Shown in pieces: positions 44,839 through 54,584 of a stretch of DNA of 60,585 bases; the stretch's first letter is position 1, and each line of letters begins with the position of its first letter. The DNA lies in the sequence record DRR723986_2358; one strand, given 5' to 3'. The notes below the pieces were generated by a model. That model had not been told where the DNA came from and did not search any database. It saw only the letters and a list, made by a program, of their open reading frames with translations. A program made the position numbers and the translations under genes.

Positions 44839-46143
44839 TCAGGATTCTGAGCGATCCTGGCGCCGCTTGAGCATCGCCGCGAGATCGTCAAACATTGCGT
44901 CCGCCGACTGGGCCTGGCGCGGTTCGGAACCCGGCAGCTCAGGGGCCTCGACCGGTTCCGCGGTTTCGCGCCAGTCGACCTCCAGCCGCGAGATACCCAG
45001 TTCCAGCGGTTTGCCTTCCAGATCAATCATCACCTCCAGGTTGTAGGCCAGGTGCTGCATGCCATGCTTATCGGTGATGGTTATCTGACCCGGAGCGGCG
45101 GTGTCGGCGTCATCGTCCCCGGTAAGCCGGCAGTTGATCCTGCCGATCCGGCTCCCGGACAAGGTGATGCCGACCAGGGCATCAAGCTCGCGGTTTGCAC
45201 TGCGGACAAAACCCGGGGTCTTGACCCGGACCGGCAGCATCACACCGCCCCGCTCACGGCTGGGCAGATCGCACTCAAAGGAGCCCACCAGCAATTGCCC
45301 GGGCTGCGCCTTCTCTAACATGCGCGCCAGCTCGATAGTGACATCGCCGACGATATAGCTGAACACCGTCGGGTTGACGCCCTCAGCCTGGTACAGCTCG
45401 TAGTGGCTGCCGATGTGGAAAGCCGAGCGTATCAGCGGCACCGTGTTCCCATGTGAAGCCGCGCGCGCGACCGAGTTATCGGCAACAACCAGCAGCAGGA
45501 AGTAGAACAGGTCCTGGCTGGCATAAGGCCCGAGATCCCGATTCCAGACATAGTAGCCATCGCCGGTAGTGGTGCGGGCAAAATTGATCTCGATACCCTT
45601 GGCCATCAGCTTGTTATAAGCAGAGTTGAGCGAGTACGAGAGGCTGTTGAGCTGGCTGGCCTGCTCAAAGGGGGTATAGAGCGAAAACTCCGCGATATCG
45701 AACAGCAGGACCGCGCGACTGTTGACGAAGCTGAGCCCGTAGCGCTTGATCAGTTGCTCTACCGACGCCAGCACATTGTCGTCATCCGCCAGCGGGCTGT
45801 TGAGCTTGATAAACGTGGGCGATATGTCAAGCCGCTTGGCGATCGCGAACATGTCTTCACGCGACCTGCACCGCTTGCCGGAAATCAGCTCCCTGACGAA
45901 GGCTTCATTGCCCTCTCCGCCGCCGGTCGCGCAATAGTTACCGAGGAAGTAATGGGGTACGAAGATAACCAGCAACCCGCGTTCGTCAGGGCTCCAGCAC
46001 AGGACAATGTTCTGCCCGAGGCGCCACTGCTTGCGCAGGGTTTGCTCCAACGCCTTGAGATTGCCACGCTGGACAATACTGATGGCGTCCCTGTCGGGCT
46101 CGTCGGTGCCGCCGGGTCCCGAAGGCGAACGGGATTCTGTCAT
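44839..46143 (-). CDS. hypothetical protein with a divergent class III nucleotide cyclase-like core
   Basis: Long ORF filling the gap between neighbours; AVLLFDIAEFS, TTGDG, IRSAFHIG, VGDVTIELARM, PGQLLV. Start ATG 46143 or upstream GTG 46167. Confidence 0.65.
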   Translation of the reverse strand: MTESRSPSGPGGTDEPDRDAISIVQRGNLKALEQTLRKQWRLGQNIVLCWSPDERGLLVIFVPHYFLGNYCATGGGEGNEAFVRELISGKRCRSREDMFAIAKRLDISPTFIKLNSPLADDDNVLASVEQLIKRYGLSFVNSRAVLLFDIAEFSLYTPFEQASQLNSLSYSLNSAYNKLMAKGIEINFARTTTGDGYYVWNRDLGPYASQDLFYFLLLVVADNSVARAASHGNTVPLIRSAFHIGSHYELYQAEGVNPTVFSYIVGDVTIELARMLEKAQPGQLLVGSFECDLPSRERGGVMLPVRVKTPGFVRSANRELDALVGITLSGSRIGRINCRLTGDDDADTAAPGQITITDKHGMQHLAYNLEVMIDLEGKPLELGISRLEVDWRETAEPVEAPELPGSEPRQAQSADAMFDDLAAMLKRRQDRSES

Positions 46144-46263
46144 TCCAGCTCTCGTTTTTAGTGCCACTACCAGATAGCATTATAGGAAGCCTGCAGCCCT
46201 CTAGCCATGACCCTTTTGTGTGCCGATCCACTGTGCTGCCACCAACCGGAGAAACGAACCGGC

Positions 46264-46764
46264 ATGATTCGATACCTGAGCTTCGCCTGTGGCGCCCTGT
46301 GGATCGGCCTGCTCGCGGGCTGCGAATCCTACGATTTCACGGTGAATGAGCGCGTTGTGTTCTCGCCGAAGGGCCCCTTTGCGGGCTTCGAGATACCGGA
46401 CCCCGCGCTGGACGCCTGTGTCCGCCAGGCGATCAGCGATGGGCAGGTTACCAGCGCAGCCCAGCTCGACAGCCTCAACTGCAGTGATGCCGGGATCAAG
46501 GACCTGACCGGGCTCGGGGTATTCACTGGCCTGACTCGCCTCAAACTGTCGCGCAACGAAATCCGCAATATCATGGAGCTCGGCTTCCTGTCCTCGCTGG
46601 AAGAACTGTATCTGGACGGTAATCGCATCGTGGACCCGGTGCCGCTTTACGACCTGCTGTCGCTGCGCGTCGTCAGCCTGGCCCAGAACGAATTGCTCCA
46701 ATGTCCTTCGTCCACCGCACTATTCCGGGCCGAGGACATCACCCTGCCCGCGCACTGCCGCTGA
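46264..46764 (+). CDS. small leucine-rich-repeat lipoprotein
   Basis: Lipobox LLAGC, IPDPALDACV cap, LRRs LTRLKLSRNEI, LEELYLDGNRI, LRVVSLAQN. Confidence 0.8.
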   Translation: MIRYLSFACGALWIGLLAGCESYDFTVNERVVFSPKGPFAGFEIPDPALDACVRQAISDGQVTSAAQLDSLNCSDAGIKDLTGLGVFTGLTRLKLSRNEIRNIMELGFLSSLEELYLDGNRIVDPVPLYDLLSLRVVSLAQNELLQCPSSTALFRAEDITLPAHCR

Positions 46765-46789
46765 TTCCGGCTGACGGGGGGCAGGAAGC

Positions 46790-47683
46790 GTGCAGATGTT
46801 GTGCTACCGGCTGATCGCCTGGCTGCCCTTCCCACTGCTTTATGCGCTGGCGTGGATCAGCTACCTGCTGCTTTACCACCTGTTCCGTTACCGCAGGAAG
46901 GTGGTGCGAGATAACCTGCAGGCCGCGTTTCCGGACCAGTCCGCCGCCGGAATCCGCTCCCTGGAGCGCAAGTTTTATCGCCATCTGTGCCGGGTCGCCT
47001 TCGAAATTGTAAAGGCGCAGCGGATGAGCAAGGACGACTTCCGGGAACGGATGCCGGTGCGCAATCCCGAGCTGCTGCAGCGGTACAGCAAGGACTTTAC
47101 CGAGTCGGTTATCGTGCTGACCATCCATCAGGGAAACTGGGAGTGGATGCTGCACGGCGCAACCACGGCCCTGGAGATCCCGATCGACCCGGTGTACAAG
47201 CCCCTGCACAACAAGGTCGCCGATCGGCTGATCTACGACATCCGGGCGAAATTTGGCTCACGCCCGCTATCCATGAACGAATCGACCAGGGACATCCTGA
47301 AGCGGCGGCGGGAATTCCGGATCTTCGTCATGGTGGCCGACCAGGCACCGATACGCAGCGAACGCAGCCACTGGCTGTCCTTCCTCAATCGCGACGCGCC
47401 CTTCTACCTGGGCGCGGAGATCATTGCCAAAATGACCGGCTTCCCGGTGCTTTTCGCCCAATGCCACCAGCATGGGCCCGGGCGCTACAGCATCGAGTTT
47501 CACGAACTTGCCCAGCCGCCCTACGACAAGGAAACGCACGGGATTACCGAGACCTACGTGCAGCTGGCGGAGCGTGCCATTCGGGAGGAACCTCACAGCT
47601 GGCTGTGGAGCAATCGCCGCTGGAAGCGCAACAGGGAACAGGAACAGGCGCGAGAGCAGGCCGAGAAGGGAGCGGACAGTTAG
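46790..47683 (+). CDS. lipid A/lysophospholipid acyltransferase (LpxL/HtrB family)
   Basis: YRRKVVRDNL, HQGNWE, VYKPL, ADQ, WLWSNRRWK. Confidence 0.85.
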   Translation: MQMLCYRLIAWLPFPLLYALAWISYLLLYHLFRYRRKVVRDNLQAAFPDQSAAGIRSLERKFYRHLCRVAFEIVKAQRMSKDDFRERMPVRNPELLQRYSKDFTESVIVLTIHQGNWEWMLHGATTALEIPIDPVYKPLHNKVADRLIYDIRAKFGSRPLSMNESTRDILKRRREFRIFVMVADQAPIRSERSHWLSFLNRDAPFYLGAEIIAKMTGFPVLFAQCHQHGPGRYSIEFHELAQPPYDKETHGITETYVQLAERAIREEPHSWLWSNRRWKRNREQEQAREQAEKGADS

Positions 47684-48441
47684 TCCAGACGCAACCAGTC
47701 GAAACCGCGCGCCTGGTCGGCGAACACTACCCGCTCATCGAGAGTGCCGTAGACATCGCCGAGGGCAGCGCGGGTCCGGTGCGGACAGTTGTTGTTTTCG
47801 CTGATGTGAGCCACCACCAGGTAGCGCAGGCTGTGCGGCCCCAGAGCCCGCAAGAACTCCACCGCCTGGCCGTTGTTCAGGTGCCCCCAATCTCCACCGA
47901 CCCGTCGTTTCAAGGCTTCCGGGTAGTCCCCGTCGAACAGCATCTCCAGATCGTGATTGAACTCAAGCAGCAGCCCGTCACAGCCGGTATAACTGTCGAT
48001 TACATGGGGGGTAACACTCCCCAGGTCGGTCAATAAGCCGACCTGCCGGTTGCCGGCGCGAAACAGGTACTGGCAGGGTTCCCGGGCATCGTGCGGCACC
48101 GGCACAGCCTCCACCGCCAGATCGCCGATAGTGAAAGACTCACCGGCATTGAACAGGACTTCAGCGCTGCAGGGACCAATACGACCGCTGCCGGCCGTGC
48201 CGTGAGTCAGGTAAACGGGTACATCGTGGTTGCGCGACACCACGCCGACGCCCGAGGAGTGATCACCGTGTTCATGGGTTACCAGGATGGCATCGAGCTG
48301 GGAGGGGCAGACGCCGAGACGCTCCATCCGCCGCCGGGTTTCCCGTAAGGAGAAACCGCAATCGACCATAACCAGGGTGTCGCCCGCTGCGACCAGGGTC
48401 GCGTTGCCCTTGCTCCCGCTACCGAGGGAAGCAAAACGCAC
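47680..48441 (-). CDS. MBL-fold metallo-hydrolase (YycJ/WalJ-like)
   Basis: SLGSGSKGN, DCG, THEHGDH, HDAREP, TDLG, GHLNN, AHISE; usual position after dapA-bamC. Confidence 0.9.
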   Translation of the reverse strand: MRFASLGSGSKGNATLVAAGDTLVMVDCGFSLRETRRRMERLGVCPSQLDAILVTHEHGDHSSGVGVVSRNHDVPVYLTHGTAGSGRIGPCSAEVLFNAGESFTIGDLAVEAVPVPHDAREPCQYLFRAGNRQVGLLTDLGSVTPHVIDSYTGCDGLLLEFNHDLEMLFDGDYPEALKRRVGGDWGHLNNGQAVEFLRALGPHSLRYLVVAHISENNNCPHRTRAALGDVYGTLDERVVFADQARGFDWLRLD

Positions 48442-49484
48442 TAGTTGATATTGCCCTTGATCATGGCCAGCAGGGCCTGCTCCTGGCGCTTGTCGAAGTC
48501 GGGGTCCGCTGCTCTCGGTTGCAGGCGGATGGACACTTCCTCAGCCGAGCGCTCAAGGACCGTGACCAGGAACTCCTTGCCCGCCAGCGGGTGCTCGTCC
48601 TCTCCCCACAGCCAGTCGAACCAACCCTCGTCTTCCTCGCCCTGGGGGCCAAGGAAGCGCACGTAGTATTCACCGGCACTGCGATCCCGGTCGACGATCT
48701 CAAAGGAGGAGGACTCAAGCGCCTTGGGCATCGCCGCCCAGGCACGGTTAAAGGGCAGGCCGAGCAGGATGAAGGTGTAACCTTCCGGGGACTCCTGCAT
48801 GGTCACCCGTCCCGACGCGCTGATCGCCTGGTCGGCAATCATCGAAACCGGGGCACTGTCGGCGCTGTTGGCCAGGTACTGGGAGACCGACCGCAGCATA
48901 TCGCCCTCCTGCTCCAGCTCGTCGGAGACCGGCGGCCAGCTGTCAACATCGCCAGCCTGGTTCATCTGCAACACGTGCAGTTCGCTGGTGCCGCGCTGCA
49001 CGCCGCGCTCAATCCGGAACCGGAAGCGGGACGCCATGCTGGCTCCCTCGAGCTGAAGCCAGGTACTCTCCATAATCCCTGCCTTGGCATCCACGCGGGA
49101 AACCGGGATGTTTGCCGCGTTGAGGAAACTGCGCACCTGGGGCCAGAGCTGCCCCGGGGCAACGCTGATCAGCGCCCAGCTCTCATCACCGAGGCGCTGG
49201 ATGCGAACCACGTCTTCACCCGAACCGGCAACCAGCGGGGTGGGTCTGGGTACCTCGAACTCCCCCTCCAGCACGAAGCTGTCGCGCACCGGCGGAATGG
49301 GATACACCTCCTGCATGGCGTCGCTGTCCTTACCCTCCGGTACCGCAATCGGTGCATACTCCGGCGCCTTCTTGTAGTCCTGGGAGCGGTCGGGGAAGAA
49401 ACCCTCGTCACCCAGCAGCCAGCTGCAGCCTGCCTGGGTCAGCAGCAGTGCTGCCGCAGCAAAGTAAACAATACGGTTGGTCAT
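48441..49484 (-). CDS. bamC: outer membrane assembly lipoprotein BamC/NlpB
   Basis: Lipobox QAGC, DRSQDY, VPRP, DRDRSAG; directly downstream of dapA. Confidence 0.85.
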   Translation of the reverse strand: MTNRIVYFAAAALLLTQAGCSWLLGDEGFFPDRSQDYKKAPEYAPIAVPEGKDSDAMQEVYPIPPVRDSFVLEGEFEVPRPTPLVAGSGEDVVRIQRLGDESWALISVAPGQLWPQVRSFLNAANIPVSRVDAKAGIMESTWLQLEGASMASRFRFRIERGVQRGTSELHVLQMNQAGDVDSWPPVSDELEQEGDMLRSVSQYLANSADSAPVSMIADQAISASGRVTMQESPEGYTFILLGLPFNRAWAAMPKALESSSFEIVDRDRSAGEYYVRFLGPQGEEDEGWFDWLWGEDEHPLAGKEFLVTVLERSAEEVSIRLQPRAADPDFDKRQEQALLAMIKGNIN

Positions 49485-50362
49485 ACAGTCGTCAATCCTG
49501 CGTGGGAGAGGGCCTGAAGGACCCGCTCGTGGTACTGGTCGTCAAGCTCAGTGAGAGGCAGGCGGATGCCGCTCTCGATGAGGCCCATACGAAACAGGGC
49601 CCACTTCACGGGGATAGGATTTGCCTCCAGGAACAGGGCCTGGTTAAGCGCACTCAGGCGCTCATTGATCTCGGTCGCGGCTGCTCGCTCGCCGGCAGCC
49701 GCCAGTCGGCACAGCTCGGCCATCGCCTCCGGGGCCACATTGGCGGTCACTGAGATATTACCCTGCGCCCCGGCCAATATCAGTTCCATGGCGGTCGGGT
49801 CGTCGCCGGAATAGACGGCAAAGCCCGATGGTACGTGTTGCAAGAGCTCAACACCGCGGTCAAGGTTACCGGTAGCGTCCTTGATGCCGACAATGTTTTC
49901 CAGCTGCGCCAGGCGCAGCACGGTGTCGTTGAGCATATCGACCGCAGTGCGGCCCGGCACGTTGTACAGAATCTGCGGAATGTTCACCGCCTCAGCGAGC
50001 GTCCGGAAATGCTCGAACAGGCCGCGCTGGGTGGGTCGGTTGTAATAGGGTGTGACCACCAGGCAGGCTGCGGCGCCAACACTCGCTGCCGCTTCGGTCA
50101 GCTCGATCGCCTCGCGGGTCGAGTTGGATCCCGTGCCGGCAATTACCGGCAGACGACCCGCCACCCGGTCAACACAGTAACGGATGACCTCACAGTGCTC
50201 GGGCACACTCAGGGTGGCACTCTCACCGGTGGTCCCGACCGCGCCGATCGCACTGGTGCCGGCACTCACGTGCAACTCAAGCAAGCGGTCGAGCGCATCC
50301 CAGTCGACGCTGCCGTCAACATGCATGGGCGTCACCAGGGCAACAATACTGCCGGTAATCAT
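49481..50362 (-). CDS. dapA: 4-hydroxy-tetrahydrodipicolinate synthase
   Basis: ALVTPM, GTTGES, VTPYYN, YNVPGRT, GIKDATG, SGDD, NPIPVK. Confidence 0.97.
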   Translation of the reverse strand: MITGSIVALVTPMHVDGSVDWDALDRLLELHVSAGTSAIGAVGTTGESATLSVPEHCEVIRYCVDRVAGRLPVIAGTGSNSTREAIELTEAAASVGAAACLVVTPYYNRPTQRGLFEHFRTLAEAVNIPQILYNVPGRTAVDMLNDTVLRLAQLENIVGIKDATGNLDRGVELLQHVPSGFAVYSGDDPTAMELILAGAQGNISVTANVAPEAMAELCRLAAAGERAAATEINERLSALNQALFLEANPIPVKWALFRMGLIESGIRLPLTELDDQYHERVLQALSHAGLTTV

Positions 50363-50508
50363 GCGCTTTCCAACTCCAGGTTACGGGCTTTGTGCGAGCC
50401 GCTGTCAGCGGTGGCCGCGGGGAGAAGGCAATTATCCATGACGGGGACCGGAACACAACCGGAATGGGCTAAAATACGGGCGTACCTTCCATCGGGAGAT
50501 CCCGGGCA

Positions 50509-51030
50509 ATGAACAGAAACGGACTGGTTCCCTGGCTGGCGAAAGCGCTGCCGTTGATCGCACTGATCCTGCTGTACCCGGCTACCGCACAGGCCCAGGA
50601 AGAAGCCAGGATCAGCGAGTTGTCCTACCTCGACCGCCAGTACATGAGCCAGCAGCGGGAACGGGTTTCGGACCTTGGAGCGCGCAACTTCGGCCGCGGG
50701 CTGAATGGGCAGACCGACAGCGATCTTGAGTTGCTCCAGGGTTTGCTTGACCGGAAACTGGTGCGCCCCGAGATGACCCGTGAATTGCAGGCCATGGGAA
50801 TCGCGCTGGGCGATCTGCTGGCCCGGGATCTCGACATGCACTGGGTGGTCTACGAGGATCGCCTGGGCCGCAGCCGTGCCCTGCGCTATCAGCAGACCGA
50901 CGAGTACCTGTTCCCGGTCACCATGATCTCCCGCCGCCAGGAGGCGGGCAGCGACACAAGCGTTGCCGACATCTACCGCACAGCCTACGACATTATCGCC
51001 CCCCTGCGGACTCCCCTGCCCTTCCAGTAG
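50509..51030 (+). CDS. exported protein, DUF3806-like
   Basis: Signal peptide (AQA), LQAMGIALGDLL, WVVYED, LFPVTMISRR; family assignment from recall. Confidence 0.65.
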   Translation: MNRNGLVPWLAKALPLIALILLYPATAQAQEEARISELSYLDRQYMSQQRERVSDLGARNFGRGLNGQTDSDLELLQGLLDRKLVRPEMTRELQAMGIALGDLLARDLDMHWVVYEDRLGRSRALRYQQTDEYLFPVTMISRRQEAGSDTSVADIYRTAYDIIAPLRTPLPFQ

Positions 51031-51103
51031 ACCCGGTCTGCTGGTGTTCCCGGTGTACGGCGTTTAGACTGATGAACATCCGACACTGCCTGCGCCACGC
51101 CGA

Positions 51104-52234
51104 ATGAGCGACCAATCACCCGGTTTCGTCCTGATGCCCGCCGATGACGATGGGCTGGTGTTGGAGCTCGCGGGTGACTGGAGCGAGGGCTGCGCTGCAC
51201 CGGAGTTCGCCGAGCTGGAACCAGCGCTGTCCGCAAGAGCCCCGGCACACCTGCTGGTCAGAGGCAGCCGGCTCGGGGCCTGGGACTCGATCCTGATGGC
51301 CTTCCTGCTGCAGTGCTTCAATTTTTGTCGCGAGCGCGGCATCCCGTTCGAGACCGATGAACTGCCCGAGGCTGTGGTCCGCCTGCTCGAAGTCGCTACG
51401 GCCGTGAAGCCGCTGGTACAGGCGGAACAGCGGGACACCAGCTTGCTGCAGCGCATCAACCCGGTGGCGCTGGTCAAGGGAGCGATTGAAGATATCCGGG
51501 ATTCCCTCGGGTTTATCGGCGAGGTGGCACTGGCCCTGCTGCGCCTGGCGGCAGGCAAGGCGAATACGCGCTTCAGTGACTTTCGCACATTTTGCTACCA
51601 GGCGGGGCCCGACGCCTTCGCGATTATCAGCCTGACCAGCGTGCTGGTGGGCATGATCCTGGCCTATCTCGGCGCCGTGCAGCTGCAGCAGTTCGGCGCG
51701 GAAATCTACGTGGCTGACCTGGTGACCATCGGCATGCTGCGGGAAATGGGCGCCCTGATGACCGCGGTGGTCATGGCGGGACGCACCGGCGCCGCCTATG
51801 CAGCCCAGCTGGGCACCATGCAGACCAACGAGGAGGTGGACGCCATCGTCACCATGGGCATCTCACCGGTGGAGTTCCTCGTCTTACCGCGAATGCTGGC
51901 CCTGGTGGTGATGATGCCGCTGCTGACCATCTACGCCGATGTGCTGGGGATGATCGGCGGCGCAATTGTTGCCGGCGGCATGGGCATCACCCCGCTCCAG
52001 TATTTCAACGAAAGCCAGTCTGCGCTGACCGCTGCCCACGTTTTGGTCGGCCTGTTCAAGAGCCTGGTTTTCGCTGTGCTGATCGCGGTAGCGGGCTGCC
52101 GTTCAGGGATCAATTCCGGACGCAGTTCGGCAGCGGTCGGCCAGGCGGCCACCGAGGCAGTGGTCACCGCGATCGTGTACCTGATCGTCGCTGATGCGGC
52201 AATCAATATCCTCTGCCAGCAACTGGAAATCTGA
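51104..52234 (+). CDS. MlaE-family ABC permease with N-terminal STAS-like domain
   Basis: LREMGALMTAVVMAGRTGAAYAAQLGTMQTNEEVDA, LVLPR; N-terminal LAGDW...WDS STAS-like region. Confidence 0.9.
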   Translation: MSDQSPGFVLMPADDDGLVLELAGDWSEGCAAPEFAELEPALSARAPAHLLVRGSRLGAWDSILMAFLLQCFNFCRERGIPFETDELPEAVVRLLEVATAVKPLVQAEQRDTSLLQRINPVALVKGAIEDIRDSLGFIGEVALALLRLAAGKANTRFSDFRTFCYQAGPDAFAIISLTSVLVGMILAYLGAVQLQQFGAEIYVADLVTIGMLREMGALMTAVVMAGRTGAAYAAQLGTMQTNEEVDAIVTMGISPVEFLVLPRMLALVVMMPLLTIYADVLGMIGGAIVAGGMGITPLQYFNESQSALTAAHVLVGLFKSLVFAVLIAVAGCRSGINSGRSSAAVGQAATEAVVTAIVYLIVADAAINILCQQLEI

Positions 52235-52237
52235 GCC

Positions 52238-53014
52238 GTGACGGTGCCTGAGGCACACATCGAAGTGCGCGATCTCACCATGGCCTACGGCGACTTCGTG
52301 ATCCAGCGAGACCTGAGCTTTGATGTCCGGCGGGGCGATATTTTTGTCATCATGGGTGGCAGCGGCTGCGGCAAGAGCACCCTGTTGAAGCACATGCTGG
52401 GCCTGATCCGGCCAGCCGCCGGTGACATAGCCTTCAGCGGCAAGAGTTTCTTCAAGGCCAGTTCGGCCGAGCAGGACGCAATGCGCCAGCGCTGGGGCAT
52501 CACCTACCAGACCGGCGGCCTGTTCAGCGCCATGACCCTTGCGGAGAATGTCTCCCTGCCGCTGCAGCTGTATACCGACTACGATACGCGCCAGATCGCC
52601 GACATCGTGGCCTATAAACTGTCGCTGGTGGGACTCGCCGGCTACCAGGCCTACTTCCCCTCGGAAATCAGTGGCGGCATGCGCAAGCGGGCTGCCCTTG
52701 CCCGGGCCATCGCCCTGGACCCGGAGATCCTGTTTTTCGACGAACCCTCAGCCGGCCTGGACCCGATCAGCTCGCGCCTGCTGGACGAGCTCATCGTGCA
52801 GCTCAAGGAGTCCATCGGGGCAACTGTGGTGATGGTCACCCATGAACTGGCCAGTATTTTCGCCATCGCCACCAATTCGGTGTACCTGGACGCCAATACC
52901 CGCACCATGATCGACTACGGCGACCCGCGGGAGCTGCGGGATCACAGTGAACAGCCAGTTGTGAGACAATTCCTCTCGCGGGGCATTCAGGCGAAAAAGG
53001 AAGCAGATGCATGA
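52238..53014 (+). CDS. MlaF-family ABC ATPase
   Basis: GGSGCGKS, ISGGMRKRAALARA, FFDEPSAGLDP, VTH. Confidence 0.92.
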   Translation: MTVPEAHIEVRDLTMAYGDFVIQRDLSFDVRRGDIFVIMGGSGCGKSTLLKHMLGLIRPAAGDIAFSGKSFFKASSAEQDAMRQRWGITYQTGGLFSAMTLAENVSLPLQLYTDYDTRQIADIVAYKLSLVGLAGYQAYFPSEISGGMRKRAALARAIALDPEILFFDEPSAGLDPISSRLLDELIVQLKESIGATVVMVTHELASIFAIATNSVYLDANTRTMIDYGDPRELRDHSEQPVVRQFLSRGIQAKKEADA

Positions 53015-53979
53015 ATGACAGGTCACATACAGTGCTCATCGGCGCGTTTATCGTCGGCGCCCTGCTGATCGCCATCACCGGCGCGATTTTCATCAGCGGC
53101 TCAGGCCTGGGCAGTGACCGCCAGAAGATCTTCATGGTGTTCGACGGCTCAGTGAAGGGGCTGTCTATCGGCGCACCGGTCGCCCTGCGTGGCGTGCAGA
53201 TCGGCCAGGTCACCGATATTCGCCTGATCCTCGACACGGAAACCGTGGACGTGATCATGCAGGTCGAGGCAGAGATCAATAACCAGAATATCCAGCAGCG
53301 CGGCTCCGTGTCCGGCTCCCTGATGGATGAACTGATCGCCCGCGGCATGCGCGCCCAGCTCAATACCCAGAGCCTGCTGACCGGCCTGCTGTATGTACAG
53401 CTGGATTTTTTCCCGGGTAGCCCAGTACGACTGGTCGACATCGAGAGCGACTACCCGCAGATTCCCACCATCCCGACCGAGCTGGAACGCCTGCAGCGGG
53501 AGATCGAATCACTGGATATCGCCAAGATGGCTGACGATGTCGGGGCGATCGCGGTCGGCGTCAGGCAGTTCGTGAACAACCCGCAGTTCCAGACGCTACC
53601 GGCGGACCTGCAGTCGACGCTGGCGTCGTTCGAGGCGATGTCCGAGGAACTGCGCGGCACCTTGCGCAGCTCGGGACCGAAACTGGAAGAACTGATGACC
53701 AGCGTTGCGGCGACCGCAGAGACCCTGAATGCGGAGTTGCCGGAAATTGCGACCATCGCGAAGCAGAACCTGGCGCTGCTGGAGAACGCGATCATGGCGT
53801 TTGAGGAAGCGATGACCGAGATCGACGGACTGGTGTCGCCGGACTCAGCCACCACGTACCAGCTGAACAAGGCGCTGCGGGAACTGGGTATGGCAGCCCG
53901 GGCCATGCAGTTGCTGGCCAAGTCGCTGGAAGAACAGCCGGAAGCCTTGATTCGCGGCAAGAGTGAGGAGAAACCCTGA
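53011..53979 (+). CDS. MCE/MlaD-domain protein with long helical extension
   Basis: N-terminal TM, FDGSVKGLSIGAPVALRGVQIGQV, SLLTG, helical tail ending QPEALIRG. Confidence 0.9.
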   Translation: MNDRSHTVLIGAFIVGALLIAITGAIFISGSGLGSDRQKIFMVFDGSVKGLSIGAPVALRGVQIGQVTDIRLILDTETVDVIMQVEAEINNQNIQQRGSVSGSLMDELIARGMRAQLNTQSLLTGLLYVQLDFFPGSPVRLVDIESDYPQIPTIPTELERLQREIESLDIAKMADDVGAIAVGVRQFVNNPQFQTLPADLQSTLASFEAMSEELRGTLRSSGPKLEELMTSVAATAETLNAELPEIATIAKQNLALLENAIMAFEEAMTEIDGLVSPDSATTYQLNKALRELGMAARAMQLLAKSLEEQPEALIRGKSEEKP

Positions 53980-54584
53980 TGCAGGTGCTGAGATTCTGGC
54001 TGACCGTTGGCTGCCTGGTGCTGCTGGGCGCTTGTGGGACAACCCCCACCAGTAATTACTACCTGTTGACCGCCCAGGTCGCGGACCAGCCCGGGGGATC
54101 TGCGCCGGCACTGGGCATCGGCCCTGTGCAGATTCCCGAATACCTGAACCGCAACGGCCTGGTGACCAGCACCCAGGGCAACCAGATCCAGATTGCTACT
54201 TTCGAACGCTGGGCGGAGCCCCTGGAAGACGGTGTGCAGCGGGTGCTGGCGCTAAACCTGTCCGCCCTGCTGGCCACGCAGAACGTACGCTTTTTCCCCT
54301 GGCAGGAGAAGCTGGCCCCCGACTACGGCATCAGCATGACTGTTATCTCGCTGGACATTCGGGAAGCGGAGGCCCTGCTGGTCGCAGAGTGGGTAGTATC
54401 GGACCCCGGTGCCAACAGGGAGCTTATCCGTCGAATCAGCCAGGCGCGCACCGCGGTCAGCACCGGCGACGTCTCCGGCGCGGCGATTGCCGGCGCTTAC
54501 AGCCAGTTGTTATACGCTGTCAGCCGGGAGATCGCGGATGTCATCCAGGCCGACCTCACCGCGGCTGAACCGGACGAACGCTAG
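53979..54584 (+). CDS. PqiC-like ABC transporter auxiliary lipoprotein
   Basis: Lipobox LGAC, YYLL, GPVQIPEYL, RWAEPL. Confidence 0.88.
   Translation: MQVLRFWLTVGCLVLLGACGTTPTSNYYLLTAQVADQPGGSAPALGIGPVQIPEYLNRNGLVTSTQGNQIQIATFERWAEPLEDGVQRVLALNLSALLATQNVRFFPWQEKLAPDYGISMTVISLDIREAEALLVAEWVVSDPGANRELIRRISQARTAVSTGDVSGAAIAGAYSQLLYAVSREIADVIQADLTAAEPDER

Noticed and set aside
47680..48441. MBL hydrolase near the cyclase-like gene as a possible cyclic-nucleotide defence/anti-defence partner
   Set aside because: It is the housekeeping YycJ-like gene in its usual dapA-bamC context, not operonic with the cyclase-like gene
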